Source of the DNA: Candidatus Thalassarchaeaceae archaeon
GTDB lineage: Archaea; Thermoplasmatota; Poseidoniia; Poseidoniales; Thalassarchaeaceae
Length of the DNA stretch: 38,519 nucleotides
NCBI GenBank assembly: GCA_963582725.1
Contig: CAUZSY010000002.1
Location: forward strand, 1 to 38,519
Direction: 5' to 3'
Position numbers and translations under genes: made by a program. The first letter of the stretch is position 1; each line of letters starts with the position of its first letter. Below are positions 18,182-27,530 of the stretch, piece after piece. The notes under the pieces were generated by a model. That model was not told where the DNA came from and searched no databases. It was given only the letters and a program-made list of their open reading frames with translations.

Positions 18182-19954
18182 ATGGTTCGATACGACGCAC
18201 CGCTGCGCGACTACACCTTCCTGTTCCACGAGGTATTCGAGGTCGTCGAATTGGCCGAGCAACTGGGCTATGAGGGCTGGGACCGCGACATGATCGACAT
18301 GATGATGGAGGAATGGGGTGAGATCATGCGCACCGTCTGGCTGCCCACCAACGCCGCCGGGGACAGGGTCGGCTGCCGCTATGAGAACGGCCAGGTCATC
18401 ATGCCCCCCGGCTTCAAGGAGGCCTGGGACGTGGCGTGCGAGGGCGGTTGGTTCGCCGCCGCCGCGAGCATCGAGCACGGCGGCATGGAATCCCCGCTCT
18501 TCTTCCGCAACGCCATGGACGAGTTCGCGATCTCAGGGAACATGGCACTCTCCACTCTGCCCGCGCTCGGCCTTGGCGTGTACGACCTCGTCTCGAAACA
18601 CGGCACCGCCGAACTCCAGGAGATCTACGCCGCCAAGGTGGCAAGCGGCGAGTGGTGCGGTACTATGTGCCTGACCGAGCCGCACGCAGGCACCGATCTC
18701 GGGATCATCCGTACCAAGGCGCTGCCACAGGAGGACGGGTCGCATCGAATCACGGGGACGAAGATGTTCATCACCTCCGGTGAGCACGATCTCAGTGACA
18801 ACATCATCCACATGGTACTGGCCAAGCTCCCTGATTCCCCCGAAGGCTCACGCGGCATCTCTCTCTTCTTGGTGCCGAAGTTCCTGCCCGATGACAAGAA
18901 CGTGAACGGAGTATCCTGTTCGGGCATCGAGGAGAAGATGGGGCTGCACGGCAGCCCTACCTGTGTTCTCAACTTCGACGACAGCGTGGGTTGGATGATC
19001 GGAGAGCCGAACACCGGTATGCGCCTCATGTTCGAGATGATGAATCGCGAGCGGCTCGCGACAGGGATGATGGGCATCGGCCTCGGCGAGATCGCTTACC
19101 AGAACGCACTCGATTGGTGCGTGGAGCGTCGCCAGGGCCGCGATCTGAAGGGTGTGCGTGACCTGCAAGAGAAGGCGGATCCCATCCTCGTCCATCCGGA
19201 CGTGCGCCGCATGTTGTTGAAGATGAAGGCGAACAACGAGGGTTGCAGAGCACTCGGTATGTGGATCGGCACGCTGCTCGATCAGATGAATCGCGGCGAT
19301 GACGAGATGAAGGCCCATGCAACCGCCCTCGTGGCACTGCTCACCCCCATCATCAAGGCGCTCGGCACCGATCTCGGCTGCGATACCTGCAGTCTCGCGA
19401 TTCAGGTCATGGGTGGTGCAGGATATTGCACGGAATATGGTGTGGAGCAGTTCTACCGTGACGCACGTATCGCACCGATATGGGAGGGCACGAACGGTAT
19501 TCAGGCTCTCGATCTGGCAGGTCGGAAGATCACTCAGGACTTCGGGAAGAACCTGCGTCATCTGATGTGGCCGCTGCTGGAATTCATCGAGGAGAATCGC
19601 GATGACCCAGATATGGCGAGGTACACCAAACCGCTGTACCAGAGCGTCCGCGGCCTGCAGCAGTTGACCCTGTTGATGATCGCGGAAGGAATGGGTGACC
19701 CCCACTTCCTCGCTGCCGGGGCCACTGACTACTGCACCTACTTCGGCAACACGATGCTCGCCTACATGTGGGCCAGGATGGCGAAGGTCTGTCTGGACGC
19801 GAAGTCGGCCGGCACCGAAGATCCGTTCTACGATGCGAAACTGGGCCTGGCTGATGTATTCTTCAAAGAGGTCCTGCCCGACAACACCGGCCTCGCCGCC
19901 AAGGTGCAGCAGGGCCATCAGCACTTGATGAGCTATCCTGAGGCGATGTTCTGA
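18182..19954 (+). CDS. fadE: Long-form acyl-CoA dehydrogenase (FadE-like, with C-terminal extension domain)
   Basis: Motifs CLTEPHAGTDLG, KMFITSGEHD and GGAGYCTEYGVEQFYRDARIAPIWEGTNGIQALDL. ATG 18182 is preceded by GGGGGAAGGTGGTGGAG. The track start TTG 18161 is less likely. Confidence 0.92.
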   Translation: MVRYDAPLRDYTFLFHEVFEVVELAEQLGYEGWDRDMIDMMMEEWGEIMRTVWLPTNAAGDRVGCRYENGQVIMPPGFKEAWDVACEGGWFAAAASIEHGGMESPLFFRNAMDEFAISGNMALSTLPALGLGVYDLVSKHGTAELQEIYAAKVASGEWCGTMCLTEPHAGTDLGIIRTKALPQEDGSHRITGTKMFITSGEHDLSDNIIHMVLAKLPDSPEGSRGISLFLVPKFLPDDKNVNGVSCSGIEEKMGLHGSPTCVLNFDDSVGWMIGEPNTGMRLMFEMMNRERLATGMMGIGLGEIAYQNALDWCVERRQGRDLKGVRDLQEKADPILVHPDVRRMLLKMKANNEGCRALGMWIGTLLDQMNRGDDEMKAHATALVALLTPIIKALGTDLGCDTCSLAIQVMGGAGYCTEYGVEQFYRDARIAPIWEGTNGIQALDLAGRKITQDFGKNLRHLMWPLLEFIEENRDDPDMARYTKPLYQSVRGLQQLTLLMIAEGMGDPHFLAAGATDYCTYFGNTMLAYMWARMAKVCLDAKSAGTEDPFYDAKLGLADVFFKEVLPDNTGLAAKVQQGHQHLMSYPEAMF

Positions 19955-19956
19955 GC

Positions 19957-21009
19957 ATGTCTCACACGACCGGCAGCCTGTCTGAGGCTGGTGCGGCCGC
20001 CTCCAGGGTATCGGACGCGCCGAGCTGGCTGACCATGCCTCGCGTCGCGACGACCATCCTGGCCACCGAGATCATCTCGCTGATCGCATTCCCCGCCTGG
20101 CGCGCGTCGAGTACCGGATTGATGCTGTTAGGCGCCTCACTGCCGCTAACCATCTGGCTGATGCTGCGCATGATCGTTATAGAGAAGGTATTGACCGTGC
20201 CGAAAAGCCCACCATCGATCATGACCGATCCGCATTGGGAGGCGTTCAGATTCGAGGGCTGGGGTGGCACCACGCTGACGGGCCGGCATCTGCGAGCCGA
20301 TGGTGGATCGAGTGACCTGTTGCTCTACCTGCACGGTTACGGATCGGACCTCTCGAACGGCGAGTCGCGCATCCAGCATCTCTCGAAGTTGGGGCTCGAC
20401 GTGGTAGGCATGGACATGCGCGGTCACGGCGGCTGTGAGCTGCGGCACGACTGGACCCTGTTGAAAGCGGTCGCCGACATGGAAGGGCTGCTCGAATCGG
20501 TCATCGGCAGGTACGAAGACCCCCCCAAGAGGTTCTGGATCCACGGCCACAGCGTCGGCGGATTCATTGGATTGCGGCTCGCATCACACCCATCGGGCTG
20601 GTGGGCCGATCGTCTGGCTGGAATCGTGCTGGAGAGTCCCGCGTCGTCGTTCCCATTGGTCATCGAGTCGTTGATCCATCCATCCATGCAACCCCTGAGA
20701 GGCTGGATCCGACAGGTGCTGCGAAGGGAGTTCGAGCGCATTCACCCCGACCTCAGCATCCGTTACGCGACCGCAGCGGTGCCTCACATCGGCATGCCGG
20801 AAGTGCCGATGCTGGTGCTGCAGGCGGCCGCCGACAGCCGTCTAGGTCTGGCCCATTACGAATTGCTGATGCAGCACATCGACCCCGACCTATGCACCGC
20901 GCACCTGCTCGATGGCCATGAGCACACGACGAGCATGGACAGCACTGAGAGGCGACGCTGTTTGGAGCGGTGGTTGCAGCCCCGATTGGCCAGTAGAAAG
21001 GAGGGGTGA
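19957..21009 (+). CDS. Membrane-anchored alpha/beta-fold hydrolase
   Basis: N-terminal hydrophobic helices, then LYLHGYGSD (oxyanion region) and the nucleophile elbow IHGHSVGG. The start lies 2 nt after the fadE stop. Confidence 0.8.
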   Translation: MSHTTGSLSEAGAAASRVSDAPSWLTMPRVATTILATEIISLIAFPAWRASSTGLMLLGASLPLTIWLMLRMIVIEKVLTVPKSPPSIMTDPHWEAFRFEGWGGTTLTGRHLRADGGSSDLLLYLHGYGSDLSNGESRIQHLSKLGLDVVGMDMRGHGGCELRHDWTLLKAVADMEGLLESVIGRYEDPPKRFWIHGHSVGGFIGLRLASHPSGWWADRLAGIVLESPASSFPLVIESLIHPSMQPLRGWIRQVLRREFERIHPDLSIRYATAAVPHIGMPEVPMLVLQAAADSRLGLAHYELLMQHIDPDLCTAHLLDGHEHTTSMDSTERRRCLERWLQPRLASRKEG

Positions 21010-22163
21010 TTCTGATCCAGAAGCGTTCGTTCGAGCGAGCCGCCCAACGCGTCAAGAGCCTCTCAGAGAGGCCCGATGATGCGACGCTGCTGCGCTTGTA
21101 CGGGCTCTACAAACAGGCTAGGCAGGGCGATGCGTCCGGCAGGTTGCCGATCACCGAGGGGATGATCGCGGTGGCCAAGTACAAGGCGTGGCAGAAGTGT
21201 GCGGGATTGCCCGAGGGGGAAGCGATGTCACGCTATGTGGAACTGGTGGAGGCGTGCCTGCAGGGCGAATCGAGAGCGACGGATTCCAGCAACGGTTCAG
21301 CAGAGTCACCGATCGATGATTTTTCTAGTGCGGTCGGTCGAATCGATGACTGGAGCGGCCGCACCGTCCTGATCAGTGGTGCCAGTCGAGGCATAGGCAG
21401 GGCGATCGCGCTCCGTTTCGCCGAGGCGGGAGCGAACCTCGTGCTGCTCGGCCGGACCATGCAGCCCGGAGTCGTGCCCGGTACGCTGCCCGAGACGGCC
21501 GCAGAGGTCGAGGCGAAGGGCGGTGAAGCGCTCTGCGCGCCGACCGATGTACGGGATGAGAAGGCGATCGCGCAGGCGGTCGAGGCTGCGATGGAGCGAT
21601 TCGGTGGCATCGACATGGTCGTCTGCAACGCCGGCGCGCTGTTCATCGCGCCCTTTGGAGAGACGCCGATGAAACGTTTCGACCTGATGCATCAGGTCAA
21701 CCTGCGGGCCACCTACGCGCTCTGTCAGGCGGCTCTGCCCGCCCTCCGTGCTTCCGACGGCGGTCGCATCCTGGTGCTCTCGCCGCCGATCTCACTGGAA
21801 TCGAAATGGCTCGATGGGTCGCTCGCTTACACCTTGTCGAAGTACGGCATGTCGATGCTCGTGCTCGGTCTGTCAGGCGAACTGGCGACGGACGGCATCG
21901 CTGTCAACGCGATGTGGCCGGCGACCACCATCGACACTGCGGCCGTAAGATCGAACGAGGCCTTGGGCGGCGAGCAGATGGCGCGTCGCAGTCGAAAGCC
22001 GAGCATCTGCGCCGACGCCGCGTTCGAGATAGCCTCGCGTCCGACCGATCACAGCGGTTTCTTCCACACCGACGAAGCCGTCCTCCGACAGACAGGTGTC
22101 ACCGATCTGGAGTGTTACGCGGTCGAGCCGGGTATGTCGCTGCAGCCCGACTTCTACCTCTGA
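21006..22163 (+). CDS. Fusion of an acyl-CoA-binding (ACBP) domain and an HSDL2-like short-chain dehydrogenase/reductase
   Basis: The N-terminal ~90 aa carry ACBP signatures (LLRLYGLYKQARQGD, KYKAWQKCAGL). The SDR part has ISGASRGIGRAIA and the catalytic YTLSKYGMS. The tail ...ECYAVEPGMSLQPDFYL resembles the HSDL2 SDR terminus as I recall it. GTG 21006 overlaps the upstream stop (GTGA). Confidence 0.85.
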   Translation: MILIQKRSFERAAQRVKSLSERPDDATLLRLYGLYKQARQGDASGRLPITEGMIAVAKYKAWQKCAGLPEGEAMSRYVELVEACLQGESRATDSSNGSAESPIDDFSSAVGRIDDWSGRTVLISGASRGIGRAIALRFAEAGANLVLLGRTMQPGVVPGTLPETAAEVEAKGGEALCAPTDVRDEKAIAQAVEAAMERFGGIDMVVCNAGALFIAPFGETPMKRFDLMHQVNLRATYALCQAALPALRASDGGRILVLSPPISLESKWLDGSLAYTLSKYGMSMLVLGLSGELATDGIAVNAMWPATTIDTAAVRSNEALGGEQMARRSRKPSICADAAFEIASRPTDHSGFFHTDEAVLRQTGVTDLECYAVEPGMSLQPDFYL

Positions 22164-22257
22164 GACAACGCCGTTCGGGCCGAATCGCCTCTTCACTGCG
22201 CAGGTTTGCCCCCTGCGGAACAGGTCGAATGGTCACGAGAGAGTGGATGCCCTTGTC

Positions 22258-25200
22258 TCAGTTCATCCACCGGTAGAACTGCTGAGCGTTGTTGACCACC
22301 CCTATCCCGAAGTTCTCTTCGAGCGCCCTCGCCACGAGGGTGAAGTCCGCGTCTCTGGTGGCTATCAGGACGCTGCCGATGTTCGGCATCGGAGAATCGG
22401 CCAGGGCGGCAGCGGTGCGCAGGATGTCGAGGTCGCCCGCCTCAGGGTAGATCTCCATTCCATCGACCTCGCTGCGGTGTGGAACATGGCCGGAATGCTC
22501 TCGCTTGTTCGAATCTATCCGCAGATAGATGTCCTTGTGTTCGACGAGGAACGCTTCGACCGCCTCACGATAGGTCTGGATGGTCGCGTTGAATCCCTCG
22601 TCCTGCGGCGCCACCCAGTCGGAGAATTCGTGACTGATCTCCTCGGCCAGCCTCTGCACCTCGACCGGCGTCACTCGTGCCGTCCAGACGGCCTCATCGA
22701 TGTACGGATCCTGCTCGCCGAACAGAGCGAGGACGGTGGCAGGGTTGCGCGAGCGGTTCAGGAATTCGTTTCTGGCAGCGGCTGGAATGTAGAGTCGGAT
22801 ACGGTTGTCCTGTTGCCTGAACAATAGCATGCGATGGAAGGCGCGAGCACTGGATGGATGTGGCAGGACATCATCCATCGACATCAGTTGTTGGACACGA
22901 GCCTTCAGAGCATCGATCAGCAGGTTGGTGTCGACGAGGATCAGTGGCGGCAGACTGAGATTGCGCAGGTGCCGTCGGTCTCGAATCCTGATATCGGGCT
23001 GATGCTGGGTGTATATCGCCTGCTGCGCCTCACGCAGTGACATCAGTTCACGAGGTCGGAAGATACCTGCGTTCATCGCCCGCTCGAGCATTCGTAGTCC
23101 ACGAACCGGATCCTCCTCGGCGGCATCATTGGCGATCTCGACGACCTCCAGAGGGGTGCCGCCCTCTGAGAGGGCATCTCTGAGCCGGCGCTCCTGATCG
23201 TTCCTCCTACTGCGTCGTCGTCGCTGCAGATGCAGGGTCGCGGCACGGACACGGCCGACGAACGGGTCGTGCGGCAGGTCGTGTTCCTCTGGATAGTTGC
23301 TCAACATGTCCAACGCCTCCTCCTTCTGACCACGTCGATCCGATTCCACCTGAGGATCCTCCTCCTCATCCGGGTGGCTTGGCACCGATGCGTCGACGAA
23401 GTCGAGCAGCAGTTGACGCGCCTGGTTGCGCTCCCGCCGCTTGCCGCGACCGCTCTGCTGCTTGTCGCGCTGGAATTCGTCACAGACTCGCAGATAGAGT
23501 TGGAAGCGACGGGTGACCGCTGCGGCCAGTTCTGGATGCCGGTCGAGCAGATCGACCGCCTCCGACCAGCGGCCGGCCAGGGCGAACGCGATCAACGCTT
23601 TCCGGTAGAGCGGTGTGGCTCGTTCGAAATCGAAGTGCGGCGCCGCTTCCTGATATGCCCGGGCTGCCCGTAATCGGTCACCCGCCGCTTGCTGGATGGC
23701 GGCGTTGACCACAGTGCCGAACGGCGAGGTCGGACGGTTGACCCGATACCAGCGGGCGAGAGATGGCAGAGGCGTCTCGTATTCGAGGACCAGATCCTCG
23801 ATGGTGCTCAGGTAGCGGGCTGGCAGTTTGCATTCGACGATATCGTCGAGCATCTTCACCGCCGCCTTCTCCCGGTCCGCTTCGCCGGTCTGCAGGTCGT
23901 TGGCGGCCCTGTTCAGGCGCAGCGCGATGACCAGATTCTCGAACAGTCTCGATTCGATGGGTTGTAGACCCGCATCTTCGATCGAGGCGGACAACTGATC
24001 TATCCTGTCAGCTCTAAGCAGTCCGTCACCACTCGCCATCATGGCTCGTCGTGCTTCACGGATAGAGGCGATGTCATGTTCTTCAGCAGCCCTGTTCAAT
24101 GGTTCCAGATCGGTGCTGCTGCCGTCGAGAAGTCTATTCAGAGCGATGGTCAGTTCGGACATCTCCGACCGCGGTTCGGAATCCGAGAGGGCTACGTGCG
24201 CCGGCCGTCTGGCGGAGCGGATGCGCTCGAACAGATCCGGGTCCACCTCGGCCGGCAGTAGATTCCAAGCGAGCAGCGTGGCATGCGGTTCTCTGCTGCC
24301 CGGGTCGGATTCGTAGCAGAGCGTTCTGGCCAGACGGACCGAATCTGCATCGATGATGAACACCGAGAGCAGGGCGTCCCACACTTCACCGACCAGGCCG
24401 CGCTCGAGGATCTCAGCCGCTGCCATCACCCGAACATCCCTCGGAGCGGTCTCATCCTCGATGACCGCCAGCAGCACAGCATCACCTCGTTCCTGCACAT
24501 CGGCGACCAATCGGTCGTTCAACACTCTTGATCCCGACCGTCCGGCCAGACGCAGCGCTCGATCGAACGCCTCATCATCGGCTATTCGAGCGACACTCGC
24601 CAACTCTGCCGCGGTGGCCGGATCACCACTCTCATCGACCGCTTCGACCAACCTCCATCGGAGCGCTTCTGGAACCATCTCACCGACCGCCTCCAGATGT
24701 CCGATGCCGAGTTCTAGCGCAGGCACATCGAGCGCGATCCCCACCGGCACTGACCGGCTCCATGCGGCCGTCCGACGAGCCGTCGCTAGGCCGTCCTCCA
24801 TCCGGTCCTCGCTGCAGGCGAGCCATGTGTCCGTCTCGCCGAACCTCAGCCGGACCAGTTGCATCTGGTCGTCGGCGATCTGCACGAGCGCATCATCCCG
24901 AGATGCCCGCTCGAACGCGCCGATGGCTCTCTCATCACCGGCCGATGCGTACAGTATCCCAGCGATCAGGGCGCCAGCTCCATCGAGTTCCGCCAGACCG
25001 TCCGGCAGTTCCCTTTCGAGCACACCGGTCGAGCGCCGACCGCTGAGCTCCATCGAAAGGCGTTGGATGGCCAGTGAGATATCGGTCGGCAGTTGAACGC
25101 CGGAACGGCTGCCGAGCCATTCTGCGAGGTCGGCGTGATCGAGTGGATCGAATCGCGCCGATGCAAGCCAGACATCGTCAATTCCTTCCTCACCGTTCAC

Positions 25201-25752
25201 CTCGGTGACGGGGTACTCCGCCAGCTCCGCCAGCAGAGGCGTCTGACCCGCCAATCGCCCCCAGACCGGATGGATGCCACCGTCGCACTCGCTTCGTAAT
25301 TCGGTGATCACCTCATCGTGACCGGTCGACCAATCGTCCGGCGAACGACCGCGATGGACGAGCAGAACCGCGAGACGATAGACCGTTGAAGGACCGCTCT
25401 CGAGCACGGATTCCACATCGTCGAGCCATGATTCAGCACCGGCTGAGGCACTCCTTCTCCGACGCGAGGTACTACGGCCGCGCTGTCTGCCCCGTGGTCG
25501 TCTGCTCCTCTTCACCTTGCCATCCTCATCGCGTTCGGGCAGCGATTCTCGTCTGAGTGCGATGCTGAGAAGAGATTTCCAAGGCTTATCCAGCAGTGAC
25601 CAGGCAGCGGTCCTGATGGAGGCTCGGATCCGCAGGTCCGGGTCCTCACCCACGCGCAGAGCGACATCGAGGCACTCGCTCATGAGATTCTCCATCATGA
25701 GGCCTCGGGTCTCGCCCCGCCGACCGGCATACATCAACGATTCGCTGAACAT
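22258..25752 (-). CDS. Large (~1165 aa) alpha-helical-repeat protein with C-terminal PIN-domain nuclease
   Basis: The C-terminal ~240 aa carry the four PIN acidic positions in order: LILVDTNLLIDAL, AAARNEF, AGDLDILRTAA, IATRDADF. Upstream lie ~900 aa of helical/TPR-like sequence (e.g. AARAYQEAAPHF...YRKALIAFALAGRWSEAVDLL) and two Arg-rich tracts. I saw no Walker A motif. I trimmed the track ORF (to 26226) to Met159 (ATG 25752). Other candidate starts lie at 25734, 25698 and 25683. Confidence 0.75.
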   Translation of the reverse strand: MFSESLMYAGRRGETRGLMMENLMSECLDVALRVGEDPDLRIRASIRTAAWSLLDKPWKSLLSIALRRESLPERDEDGKVKRSRRPRGRQRGRSTSRRRRSASAGAESWLDDVESVLESGPSTVYRLAVLLVHRGRSPDDWSTGHDEVITELRSECDGGIHPVWGRLAGQTPLLAELAEYPVTEVNGEEGIDDVWLASARFDPLDHADLAEWLGSRSGVQLPTDISLAIQRLSMELSGRRSTGVLERELPDGLAELDGAGALIAGILYASAGDERAIGAFERASRDDALVQIADDQMQLVRLRFGETDTWLACSEDRMEDGLATARRTAAWSRSVPVGIALDVPALELGIGHLEAVGEMVPEALRWRLVEAVDESGDPATAAELASVARIADDEAFDRALRLAGRSGSRVLNDRLVADVQERGDAVLLAVIEDETAPRDVRVMAAAEILERGLVGEVWDALLSVFIIDADSVRLARTLCYESDPGSREPHATLLAWNLLPAEVDPDLFERIRSARRPAHVALSDSEPRSEMSELTIALNRLLDGSSTDLEPLNRAAEEHDIASIREARRAMMASGDGLLRADRIDQLSASIEDAGLQPIESRLFENLVIALRLNRAANDLQTGEADREKAAVKMLDDIVECKLPARYLSTIEDLVLEYETPLPSLARWYRVNRPTSPFGTVVNAAIQQAAGDRLRAARAYQEAAPHFDFERATPLYRKALIAFALAGRWSEAVDLLDRHPELAAAVTRRFQLYLRVCDEFQRDKQQSGRGKRRERNQARQLLLDFVDASVPSHPDEEEDPQVESDRRGQKEEALDMLSNYPEEHDLPHDPFVGRVRAATLHLQRRRRSRRNDQERRLRDALSEGGTPLEVVEIANDAAEEDPVRGLRMLERAMNAGIFRPRELMSLREAQQAIYTQHQPDIRIRDRRHLRNLSLPPLILVDTNLLIDALKARVQQLMSMDDVLPHPSSARAFHRMLLFRQQDNRIRLYIPAAARNEFLNRSRNPATVLALFGEQDPYIDEAVWTARVTPVEVQRLAEEISHEFSDWVAPQDEGFNATIQTYREAVEAFLVEHKDIYLRIDSNKREHSGHVPHRSEVDGMEIYPEAGDLDILRTAAALADSPMPNIGSVLIATRDADFTLVARALEENFGIGVVNNAQQFYRWMN

Positions 25753-25803
25753 GTTCAACCGCGGGTGCGCAGGATGAAGAGTGTGGAGGGAGAGTAGCGA
25801 CCG

Positions 25804-26265
25804 GTGACCACGACCACCTTGCTCCTTCTGTTGCATCCCATCGCAGCGGTCGCGATGCTCATCTGGTTCGTCAGGCAACATCGATGGAGGAAGCGAGGAC
25901 GGCAGCTCACCGGCATGGAGCGAGACCTCGGAGTCGATGCTCATGTGCGAGCAGGAAATCGATTGTTCTACCTCGCTTGGCTGGTCGTTGGAATCGCGTT
26001 CGGAGCCGAGGCTATCATCGCGACGATGAACGGTCGGGCACTCAGAACAGCGCTGCCGTCGACGCTGCACGGGGCGCTGGGACTGGTCGGTCTGGGACTG
26101 TTGACATTGCTCTGGTTGTCCGGCAGACGGGCGCATGAGATGAAGGAGGCGGCACAGCCGTTCGCCGCCGAGCAGCGCCGGCACGGCAGGGCCAGCGACT
26201 TCATTCTGGCGCTGGCGGGGTTGCACGCCTTCCTCGGCTTCCTCGATCTGCTGCAGAGACTGTGA
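25804..26265 (+). CDS. Small four-helix membrane protein with conserved His residues (DUF4079-like)
   Basis: 153 aa with four clear hydrophobic helices: LLLLLHPIAAVAMLIWFV, LFYLAWLVVGIAFGAEAII, LHGALGLVGLGLLTLLWL, FILALAGLHAFLGFL. GTG start is preceded by GGAGGGAGAG. It overlaps the implausible low-complexity N-terminus of the antisense long ORF. Confidence 0.55.
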   Translation: MTTTTLLLLLHPIAAVAMLIWFVRQHRWRKRGRQLTGMERDLGVDAHVRAGNRLFYLAWLVVGIAFGAEAIIATMNGRALRTALPSTLHGALGLVGLGLLTLLWLSGRRAHEMKEAAQPFAAEQRRHGRASDFILALAGLHAFLGFLDLLQRL

Positions 26266-26406
26266 AGGCCGGCTACCATATCATCGAAAGGCCACTCTTC
26301 CTCGCTCTCCTCCATGACCCACCACGGTGCGGCTGGCGCAGACGCCCGACAGCCTCGGCCGTGACGGCTCATCGTGGCAGCGATAGGGCCGAGAGACCAG
26401 TCGACC

Positions 26407-27459
26407 TCACGCTCTAATGCTCCGCCAGATGGTCAACCAGCGATCGAGGTTGGCATCGAGATCGGCGACCGTCAGTGGTCGTTCGGTGACGACGCCAGCA
26501 TCGTCCAGCGGTTTTACTCGACAACCACACGCATCGCGATGGCCACCACCGTCCGGATCGATCGCGGTGGCAAGCAGGGTCAGGTCGGCGAGGCCACCAT
26601 CCGGATGCAGGAATGAGTTGTTGTAGAACGACGCGCCGACGGGCGGTCGCTCCGCATCTCCCATCGAACCGTCGAGCCAGCCGTGAACCAGTATGCAGGC
26701 ATCACACGCATCGCCGATACGCGCCGTTATCTCGTAGCCGTTGGTCCGCACGCCGCTGCCATCGAATCGGACCACCGCGAGCCGCTCGACTATGATCGCT
26801 GTCTCATCGATGATCCGGTGGATCAATCGCCGGCCGGCCCGCCGTTCCGCATCCGCTGTGGCGATCGCCGGATGCTGGAGCAGTCGTTCCGGCGAGTCAC
26901 CTCGCTCGAAGCCCCGCAGGACGGCGCGAGCGACCTCTGGCATCGCATCACCATCCACCAGTCGGGCGATCCGGACCATCGGATGATCCGAGAGATACTG
27001 CTGTCGAGTGATCGAGCCGCCATCCAGCCGATCGACCCATTCCATCGCCTCTGAGAGGTCGCTGCAGTCGACGGTTCCACTCACCTCATCATGGGCGATC
27101 CGCGCGGCCGACTGTGTCGGCCGCCAGATGATGACCGGACCCGAGGCATCCGCCGTGGGATCTGAGACCGGCCGATTGGTCTCGTGGTGGTCGATCAACA
27201 GGCCGGCGGCAGGATGGGCAGGCAGGTCGCAGACCGCGGTCCTCGCATCGATCACATCGTCCAGCAGTCCGGCGCGGAGCGCGCCGGGATGGCCGAACAC
27301 CACCTCTGCGTCAGGCCAGTACCGGCGCAGGATTGCTGCGGTCATGACGCCGTCAAGATCGCCATCGGTGACGATTCGAGTGATATCTAGACCGGTCAGT
27401 GGCGAGTCCACATCAGCATGCCGACCTCGTTCACTCCGCTGTTCGCCGTCGCCGTCCAT
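26407..27459 (-). CDS. DHH/DHHA1-family phosphoesterase (NrnA/nanoRNase-like)
   Basis: All four family motifs occur in order: IVTDGDLDGV (DxD), VCDL (D), LIDHHETN (DHH), DPDGGGHRDACG (GGGH of DHHA1). Confidence 0.85.
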   Translation of the reverse strand: MDGDGEQRSERGRHADVDSPLTGLDITRIVTDGDLDGVMTAAILRRYWPDAEVVFGHPGALRAGLLDDVIDARTAVCDLPAHPAAGLLIDHHETNRPVSDPTADASGPVIIWRPTQSAARIAHDEVSGTVDCSDLSEAMEWVDRLDGGSITRQQYLSDHPMVRIARLVDGDAMPEVARAVLRGFERGDSPERLLQHPAIATADAERRAGRRLIHRIIDETAIIVERLAVVRFDGSGVRTNGYEITARIGDACDACILVHGWLDGSMGDAERPPVGASFYNNSFLHPDGGLADLTLLATAIDPDGGGHRDACGCRVKPLDDAGVVTERPLTVADLDANLDRWLTIWRSIRA

Positions 27460-27530
27460 CCCACCGGTCCGGTAGCGAGGGGGTGATTTTCCTTTCGCTG
27501 CTGACGGTGGGGGAGGGTCGCACCCGAAGC

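Noticed and set aside
18848-19924. 358-aa minus-strand ORF inside the acyl-CoA dehydrogenase gene
   Set aside because: The plus-strand frame has unmistakable ACAD motifs. The antisense product has no recognisable features. The same reasoning applies to 33652..34650 (antisense to pyk), 31611..32474 (antisense to maeB), 5523..6452 and 7665..8411 (antisense to nrdJ) and 36696..37478 (antisense to the propeller gene).
25753-26226. N-terminal 158 codons of track ORF 22258..26226
   Set aside because: The composition is low-complexity Q/R/S/P. It fully overlaps a better-looking membrane ORF on the other strand, so I treated it as a non-coding extension.
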